A stretch of 16,411 nt of DNA from Selaginella moellendorffii (taxonomy: Eukaryota > Plantae > Lycopodiophyta): positions 137,891 to 154,301 of the forward strand of contig NW_003314418.1 in the NCBI RefSeq assembly GCF_000143415.4, read 5' to 3'. The translations under genes and the position numbers were made by a program. The notes under the pieces are model-generated. The model saw nothing but the letters and a program-made list of their open reading frames with translations, was not told where the DNA came from and searched no databases. Position 1 is the first letter of the stretch. Each line of letters opens with the position of its first letter. Below, piece after piece: positions 10,201 to 16,411 of this stretch.

Positions 10201-10605
10201 ATCACTCTTGAGCACAGCTTCATGGGCTTGTTTTCCCAAAGAAAGGGATCTGCTCTCAGCTGAGTCTCTCACGCGGTGTATCAGCCTCCCTAAACTCACC
10301 GGTTCCTCACCAGCTACAGCTGGGGTATGTGGAGATTTGTAGCGGGCCGTGGTGGCCTTACCTACAGCTGGGTCAGCGAGCGACTCGAGTTTTGCAGAGA
10401 CCCAGGTTGGTGTTTTCCTGTTGGCGATCCACAGGCTCTCTCCGGTAGAAACATGTTTGAAATCCGGGTAGGACTCTGAGAGGAACTTGTTTTTCTTCTT
10501 GAACCTGTTGTCCCACCAGAAAGTGGGATCCCTGAAAAACGTTTTCCACTCCATGAGATTGTTGAGAAATGACACACACCACACAAACCCTAGCGCCGCA
10601 CGCAT
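6859..10605 (-). CDS. PLS-class PPR protein with N-terminal OSB-type PDF motif and C-terminal E1-E2-DYW(WW-type) cytidine deaminase; putative C-to-U editing factor
   Basis: Uninterrupted 1248-aa ORF with about 25 PPR motifs, P2-L2-S2, E1 (VVWTSLLGAC), E2 (PYALMANIF), PG box PGRSWW, HSEKLA, KNLRVCDDCH and HVFQDGRCSCDNYF*. The start could be M1 (10605) or M18 (10554). Confidence 0.95.
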   Translation of the reverse strand: MRAALGFVWCVSFLNNLMEWKTFFRDPTFWWDNRFKKKNKFLSESYPDFKHVSTGESLWIANRKTPTWVSAKLESLADPAVGKATTARYKSPHTPAVAGEEPVSLGRLIHRVRDSAESRSLSLGKQAHEAVLKSDEHKSNIYLLTGLIDMYCKCGELEKARKIFDSMGTRSVVSYNAIIQGCGSNGQAELALEYYSALRACTTIQPNDRTHVAVISACSRLATESSEKRERALRIGMEIHSMLSKEKKHLDLFVATCMVDLYCKCGELEEARKIFHSMGTRSVVSYNAIIHGCGSNGQAERALEYYSALRADNTIQPDDWTHVAVISACSTLATESSEKRERALRIGMEVHSVLSKEKKHLGLFVANCLVDMYCKCGELEEARKIFHSMGTRSVVSYTTIIQGCNTNGRAELALEYYSALRACTTIQPNDRTHVAVISACSTLATESSEKRERALRIGMEIHSMLSKKKKQLDLFVANCLVDMYCKCGELEGARKIFHSMGTRSVVSYTAIIQGCNTNGRAELALEYYSALRACTTIQPNDRTHVAVISACSTLATESSEKRERALRIGMEVHSVLSKEKKHLGLYMANCLVDMYCKCGELEEARKIFHSMGTRSVVSYTAIIQGCNTNGRAELALEYYSALRVDNTIQPDDWTHVAVISACSRIATESSEKRERALRIGMEIHSMLSKEKKQVDLFVATCLVDMYCKCGELEEARKIFHSMGTRSVVSYTAIIQGCNTNGRAELALEYYSALRADNTIQPDDQTHVVVISACSTLATESSEKRERALRIGMEIHSMLSKEKKQLDLFVANCLVDMYCKCGELEEARKIFNSMGTRSVVSYTAIIQGCNTNGRAELALEYYSALRADNTIQADACTYTCVLVACGSVMAIKLGREIHQLAKHKGLLKNNPVLGSSLVSFYGKCGDVDSAQEAFDECRARDDTGLWNSLIQAYTLQGRSIEALERFYSMTQEEGCKADDVSFVSVLNACSHGGLVGKGRQLLDEMPKQYGVKPRLEHYVCLIDMLGRANLLDEAVRVLRAMPFEPDAVVWTSLLGACRKWKNYTIGKLAFERLVEMDPKSGTPYALMANIFGNLGMLSERAAVVERMRGEGSFREPGRSWWTDVSSGKVHSFSVGDRSHSQSDEIAAKLKQLLLRMKEEGYASDVINVLKDIPEEDHLCGHSEKLALGCALVNSHQKETIRIVKNLRVCDDCHAATALISKLEKRLIICKDASRVHVFQDGRCSCDNYF
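7993..10159 (-). repeat. Coding tandem array, 333-bp period (111 aa = S31 + P36 + long L44), about 6.5 copies
   Basis: tcgccacacttgcagtac recurs at 8141, 8474, 8807, 9140, 9473, 9806 and 10139, an exact 333-bp spacing with no indels. Confidence 0.98.
10387..10548 (-). other. PDF motif resembling that of OSB organellar ssDNA-binding proteins (aa 20-73)
   Basis: WKTFFRDPTFWWDNRFKKKN..YPDFKHVSTGESLWI..TPTWVSAKL matches the recalled OSB consensus W..ff..P..WWDNR..K.np..PDFKHK.tGeaLWl...P.WV...L. Confidence 0.88.
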
Positions 10606-11435
10606 ACCCTAGAAATCCCGATTTGTTAGTACTTAACTGTAGCAGTAAAAAGCTCGTGGTTTCTGTTTTTTCTTTTTCTAATTCTTTTCCTTTTTAAACT
10701 TTACAATGTCACAGCTTAACTGCAGCAGCTTAGATGTTTATTGTGTCTTTGATATATATAGAAAGTGAGCCAGCAGCAATCAGTTGCTCAAGAGCTGAAG
10801 AATCAGTACATGCATAATTTTCAGACAATGGGGCGACATGCCCAGAAGCCTCAGGGCACCAGTTTCATGCAGAACACTTTCGCAAATGACTCTCGCCCGG
10901 GGCCCATGCACAGGAGTCCTCGGGCGGTGGTAAAACCTCACAAGGCCTCACGTAATTATATTCACTCTGCTCCGCAACATATGTTACCACACCAAACTCT
11001 TCGCACATGAAGCCATGCACGGAGGAAAAAACCAAGCAAGGCCTCACGTGCTTACATTCAGTCCTTCTATGTGTTCTTGGCCTCACTCAGTTCATCTCCT
11101 TTGTTGTCCACCTGCGCTTCTTTACTTCATGTTTTTGCTTGCATGCTTCAATTGACATCTTCAGATTTTCAAGCGAACGATTGTGGCATACCGTGGCTAC
11201 GTTTTTCGGCAGAGCTTGGAGGTGCTGAAAGTGGCATTAAGTTCGTGGAAGATTGATCTTGATTTGGATTGTATGGATCTCTATAAATTTTGAAACTTGA
11301 GTTTATTTTTCTTCTTTTTCTTCTGTGGTTCCAATTGACTGGTGTCAAACTTGCTTTTGCAGACTATCTCTAGTACTTCTGGATGCGATCAAGGCCTGCT
11401 GCTCATTGCTTCAAAGGAGGATATGATAAGTGATC

Positions 11436-12017
11436 NNNNNNNNNNNNNNNNNNNNNNNNNNNNNNNNNNNNNNNNNNNNNNNNNNNNNNNNNNNNNNNNN
11501 NNNNNNNNNNNNNNNNNNNNNNNNNNNNNNNNNNNNNNNNNNNNNNNNNNNNNNNNNNNNNNNNNNNNNNNNNNNNNNNNNNNNNNNNNNNNNNNNNNNN
11601 NNNNNNNNNNNNNNNNNNNNNNNNNNNNNNNNNNNNNNNNNNNNNNNNNNNNNNNNNNNNNNNNNNNNNNNNNNNNNNNNNNNNNNNNNNNNNNNNNNNN
11701 NNNNNNNNNNNNNNNNNNNNNNNNNNNNNNNNNNNNNNNNNNNNNNNNNNNNNNNNNNNNNNNNNNNNNNNNNNNNNNNNNNNNNNNNNNNNNNNNNNNN
11801 NNNNNNNNNNNNNNNNNNNNNNNNNNNNNNNNNNNNNNNNNNNNNNNNNNNNNNNNNNNNNNNNNNNNNNNNNNNNNNNNNNNNNNNNNNNNNNNNNNNN
11901 NNNNNNNNNNNNNNNNNNNNNNNNNNNNNNNNNNNNNNNNNNNNNNNNNNNNNNNNNNNNNNNNNNNNNNNNNNNNNNNNNNNNNNNNNNNNNNNNNNNN
12001 NNNNNNNNNNNNNNNNN
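11436..12017. other. Assembly gap (582 N)
   Basis: Run of N. Confidence 1.
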
Positions 12018-12533
12018 CAAAGAGGTGAGGTGTCTTAAAGAGGAGATAATAGAGCTGAGCATGGAGCTGAACTTGGCTTTTGCTCCTTCTTGTAAGAGCT
12101 AACTAGCTAGCAAAAACAGAGGAGATGGTGAAAAGGATGCCTCTTGAACTCCAAGAGAGCAACAGACCTTTTTTCTTAAGGGGGGGAGAAGCTCAGAAGT
12201 AGGAGCAGTGGAGCAAGAGGTTAGGGCTGATGTCATCCCTGTGCGCCAAGACTGCTGGGTGGTTCGGGGCTTGGTTAAAGTAGGCAACCGGGTGGAGGCA
12301 GGGGGTTGGGAGCAATCCGAGGCTTGAGGTATGACTTGTCTTTTCTACCTGGTGGAACTCCATCCGAGCATTCCTACTTCCCTCTTTTAAGCTGCGCGAG
12401 TTAGCTCGTCACATTTTTACTCTAATTTCACAATAACTCGCATTTTCACTCTAATTACGTCCTTTTTTCCCTTCCTCCCCCCCCCTCATATCCCTAAACC
12501 TCAGGATCATATGGAGCATATAAAAAATGTGAT

Positions 12534-12610
12534 TAACACCTCTCACTCTTGATCTTGTGGGATTCATAATATGATAACACCTCACTCCTACTCTTGTGGG
12601 CTCCATAAAT
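12534..12610. repeat. Imperfect tandem duplication, ~41-bp period
   Basis: taacacctctcactcttgatcttgtgggattcataat followed by taacacctcactcctactcttgtgggctccataaat. Confidence 0.7.
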
Positions 12611-12659
12611 ACAATCTTGTTGAGTTTATCTATATCTACCATAGAATATATGGTAGAAT

Positions 12660-14097
12660 CCTTACATCAATCCGTTCACACACAATATCGAGCTAACTGC
12701 TTCACATGGATCTTCTCTTGACGTTGTGCATTGAGTGCCCCACATAGATTTGTGGACCAACTTGTTGGACGATGTGATAAGGACCTATGCAGCAAAAGCC
12801 TTGGATCCGCAACACCCGATAACTCACCAACACTTGATCTCCAACGACATATGTAGAAACTTTAGAAACTCCAGCGGGTGCAAAGTCCGGGCAAAAGTAG
12901 AGTGGAATTCAGTTATTCGGAATGTGCCACACCCAGGAATTCAATCCAAAGCTCTTCTCTTCAAAGTGATTGTGTCAGGTTTATATCCACGAAACTGAAG
13001 ATCTTGCCTAGACAGGGTGGTAACTAGAAACAAGGAATCGATTGGCACTGCTCCTCTCAACACAAAGAAGGTCCAGGATGGAATAGCAAAAGAGATGTTG
13101 AAGATATGGAAGTCACATTCCTACCCAGGTTAAGTCAGAAAGAACCAGACCATCTGACAGAGGCATTAGCTGATCGCTTGTTCTTCAACGTAGCGCATAA
13201 GAACAGTAATCAACAGTATATAGGTGACTGTTCAGCTCCAGGCTTGGGTAGAGGTCTTTGGCCTAGGTGGCATAGAAATGTGGGAGCTTCAATCAAAGAC
13301 TTATTGGATCTACAAAGAGCTAGCAAGCCATCACTTACATGTTGGGATCTTGTTTTTCTTCCTCAGCAGTGGACAAGGTATGATACAATGAAAAAGGTAA
13401 AGTCAGGTATTTGTTTAACGTCCGCTTGGAGCAAACCCTGCTCATCGGATGGCCTCATGACAACCCAGGATGAAAACTCCACATCAAAGCTTAAGGCGCT
13501 TGTGATCGTCTTCATCTTGCTTTACAAACTGAAGTTATCGAGGTTCGTGATTGGATAATGCTTGATGGTGCTGAGACTCAAATCATCTTTGTTATGGAAA
13601 CAACCCCATCACCTCAAGGTATTGTTTTGTATCCCCATAACAGTGGTGCACTGTTTCCATGTATAGTTCCCGAGGAGGTCCCAATTCCCAGGATGGCCTT
13701 CGGTAAAAGGATCAGGACAATACATCAGAGAGGGAAATACCCTGAACTGGATCCTAAAGTTCAACTGGGAGAATGCTCTGCAATACACTAGTTTGGGGAG
13801 TACCTAAATCTGATCTTATGTAGGATCCGGCTCATACAGGTCTAAGCATGGCAGAGAGCTTTTGATGGATAAAATTGACACCAGGCTTATGCGGAAGTTG
13901 AAGAATCGGAAGTACATTGTGAACATGTGGAAGACACTGGTGGAAGCTAAGGTAAGCTGGCTTCTTGTGCAGGATAGCATCCCTGTTGGTGATTGGCTCA
14001 CAGTTCACAAAACTCTGTGTATTCTATGCAATGAAAACCCCGTGGAGATGCTTGAACACCTCTTCACATGCAAATTTGCAGTTGGTATTTGGCTCTT
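12660..14097 (+). mobile_element. Degenerate LINE ORF2 3' region ending in a zf-RVT-like domain
   Basis: zf-RVT is clear at 13832-14097 (SYRSKHGRELL..MWKTLVEAKV..CILC..EHLFTCKFAVGIW). The upstream extent is tentative, based on broken same-strand ORFs and a weak post-RT-like N..L...WI..R......LW..LL pattern at ~12680-12770. Confidence 0.55.
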
Positions 14098-14711
14098 TGA
14101 TCAGAGACCTAGGTCCAGAATCAGCTGGTTCATCACGAAATACGGTGACATTTTTCCCTCTGCTCCAACTATGATGAACAGTAGCTGAGGAGAGAGAAGC
14201 TAGCAAAGCATCCCGCTAACAAAACCACTAACTGTCTCACGTGACACAACACCTCCAGCCCTCAATGGGGTCAGAAAGAAAGAAAGGATAGGAGCAAGCG
14301 ACTACTTCTCCTCTTCCTCTGGAATGTCATCCAAGTCATATTCAAAATTAGGAAACAACATCATCCTCAGCTTCCCATGTAGCATCATATGGAGAATAAC
14401 CATTCCACTGAACAAGTAACTCTCTCCAAGTCTTACGACGTGTGCATGCTAGCCGTTGCTATAACACACAAGTAGGGCCAACCTTCAAACATCTATCTCT
14501 GGAATCTTGATTGCAGACTGGTCCAAGATATTACCAGAATGCAAACATGCCTTCAACTTCCTACATAGAAGACAGGATGAATCTTCACACCACTAGGCAA
14601 GTCTAGTTGATAGGCAAGGTCTCCAACTCGTTTGAGAATAATCCAAGGCCCACAGTACTGTGGCGACATCTTAGAACTACCTCCACCTTGAAGAGCTCAC
14701 TGAGCTTCAGA
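13835..14711. repeat. Dispersed inverted repeat, copy B (pairs with 1..844)
   Basis: Direct reverse-complement alignment. Copy B carries 34 extra bp between TCATCC repeats at 14327 and 14361. Confidence 0.97.
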
Positions 14712-15650
14712 CAACTGAAGGAAAACCTTGTCTCCAACCTGAAAATACTTGTGCTGACAATGCTCATCAGCCAACTCCTTTGCCTGGTGCTCCTTAAGAG
14801 AAGCCAAGTTCATACCAACAGGGGACCAAGGTTGAAAGCCATACATTGCCATAAACAGAGCCATCTCAATAGCCAAATGGAGGGCACAGTTATGGGCAAA
14901 CTCTAACAAAGGCAGGTACTTCTCCCAAATACCTTGCCTCTTCAAATGACCAACAAACGATCTCAGCATGTCTTCCAGCACCTAATTAACTCGTTTTGTT
15001 TGTCCATCTGACTGTGGATGCTCATGCTCAGCTTTGTCTCAAGCTTCTGGAACACCGTCTGCCAAAACTCCAAAGTGAACATGGAATCCCAATCACTTAC
15101 AACATCCTTAGGCAGCCCATAGAGAAATACAGCTGAGCAAGGTCAAAAGCCTTAGCATTCATATTCACAAGGAAGAAGTGAGCCAACAGCATCACATAAT
15201 CCACAACAACCCAGATAGCATCATTGCCTTAAAGTGCCTACTATGAAACTCATAGAAAATGCTATCCCACTTCTGCTGAGGTTAACTATGGTAGAGACCT
15301 TCATGCTTCTGACAATCCATTGTGACTGCCTGGCTGGTCTAACAACTATGCACATACTTATCAACACTTGACTTCATTCCAGGCAAAAATAAATGCGTCT
15401 CTACCAGAACACACGTCCTCGATCAACAGACACTCTTACAGAATCCACTGTCAACGACTATCTGAGTCTTTTGAGGATCTTTCTGCACACCATCTCATGG
15501 CACCACATGTCCGAGATAGGTGATCTCCTCCAAGAAGAACTCACTCTTTGACAGTTTAGAATACAGCTTATTCTCCCTCAATAGCAGCAGCATTTGCCTC
15601 ACATGCATCTCATGTTCCTCCTTAGTCGTAGGACATCATCAAAGTAGTGC
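14098..15650 (-). mobile_element. Ty3/gypsy chromovirus remnant: partial RT, integrase, chromodomain, putative LTR; internally deleted
   Basis: RT: YFDD (15646-15635), LRENKLYSKLSKSEFFLEEITYLGHVV..DPQK. Integrase: PGMKSSVDKYVHSC, DAIWVVVD, GLPKDVVSD, HPQSDGQT, LEDMLR..WEKYLPLLEFAHN, GPW..HPVF. Chromodomain LVQWNGYSPYDATWE. Many stops and frameshifts. Confidence 0.92.
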
Positions 15651-15659
15651 CTCACACAT

Positions 15660-16335
15660 GAGATTGCATAACTCTATCAATAGAACTGTTTAATAATAGT
15701 TAGCCTTAGCCATCATATGAAGCAACATCTTTGCTGAGTTAGAAAAGACTCCTTGAGCATTCCAAAACTTCAAAATGAGATAGTCAAAGGATCTCAGCTA
15801 GCAATAAGTTGTTCTAGCATGGTTAATCATTTTTTTGATTGATTTTTCTTGGTTGATTTTGTATTATATTGCCATTCATAGTGATGGAACGTTATACTCA
15901 AGTGATGTCAAACCTTCAAGGCTGTAGGTGAGCTTGAATGGTGTCAAATTTATTAAAACCTTATATGCAGTTTGATATGTCTACAAAGCATCGTAAATGT
16001 GATCGTCCCAGTCTTTCTGATTTATTTTCACGATTTTCATGAAGATGTTTTTGAATGCTACTTGACTGTTGCCTTGAGGATAGTACGGTGTTGAAGCCTT
16101 GTGTTGGATAGTGAATTCTTGAGTCAAAATCTTGATGGTTTCATTGATGAAATGTGTTCCTTGATCAGTGACAAGTTCTCAAGATTTATGATGATGTTTT
16201 TGTAAATGAACTTTGTTGTGTTCTTTGTTGTAGCAGTCTTTATTAGTTGAGCTTCAGCCCATTTTGTGATATAGTCTATTGCAATTAGAATGTACTAGTT
16301 TTGCTTGGAGCTTGTCATAAGTGGACCAACAAACC
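15660..16335 (-). mobile_element. Second, distinct Ty3/gypsy integrase remnant (non-chromovirus, Athila/Tat-like type)
   Basis: Manual translation: FVGP..YILIAIDYITKWAEA..ELVTDQGTHFINETIKILTQEFTIQHKASTPYYPQGN..KDWDDHIYDAL*TYQTAYK..TPFKLTY. It is more AT-rich than the adjacent element. Confidence 0.85.
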
Positions 16336-16411
16336 AAGCCAGGATAGAGCAGAATGATAAGGTTAGGGGTGAGCTGTCGTTCGTGGCGGGAACCTGTGCG
16401 CCCTCCCTTTT

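Noticed and set aside
7558-10263. Periodic + strand and alternate-frame ORFs (MEWKILRASSS.., MSPIVGLNG.., MYHHSTQRS..)
   Set aside because: Shadows of the 333-bp coding repeat with no independent coding evidence.
10765-11435. Possible spliced gene divergent from the DYW gene (acceptor-like sites near 11164 and 11360)
   Set aside because: No consistent exon chain or recognisable product, and it is cut off by the gap.
11342-12062. ORFs of ~200-228 aa
   Set aside because: Artefacts of the N gap.
12410-12485. 29-bp-period duplication and C9 tract as a counterpart of the G15 tract at 899-913
   Set aside because: The flanks do not align, so this is probably low-complexity coincidence.

Overview
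Eukaryotic plant nuclear DNA, most likely from a non-seed vascular plant. A Selaginella-like lycophyte is inferred from the SS-rich PPR tracts, extra-long L motifs and DYW:WW domain. The only intact gene is an intronless 1248-aa PLS-class PPR protein (6859..10605, -). It combines an N-terminal OSB-type 'PDF' ssDNA-binding-like motif, about 6.5 near-identical 333-bp S-P-long-L triplets that toggle at base-specifying residues and are mosaics of one another, and a C-terminal DYW:WW cytidine deaminase ending in NYF. Around it lie a PPR-E pseudogene, a 5'-truncated and frameshifted GH29 alpha-fucosidase fused to a Gly/Pro-rich repeat, a 582-N assembly gap, and degenerate retroelements (LINE zf-RVT remnant, chromovirus-type Ty3/gypsy, second non-chromo gypsy integrase). 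An ~0.85-kb gypsy+LINE composite occurs twice in inverted orientation, bracketing the gene block.
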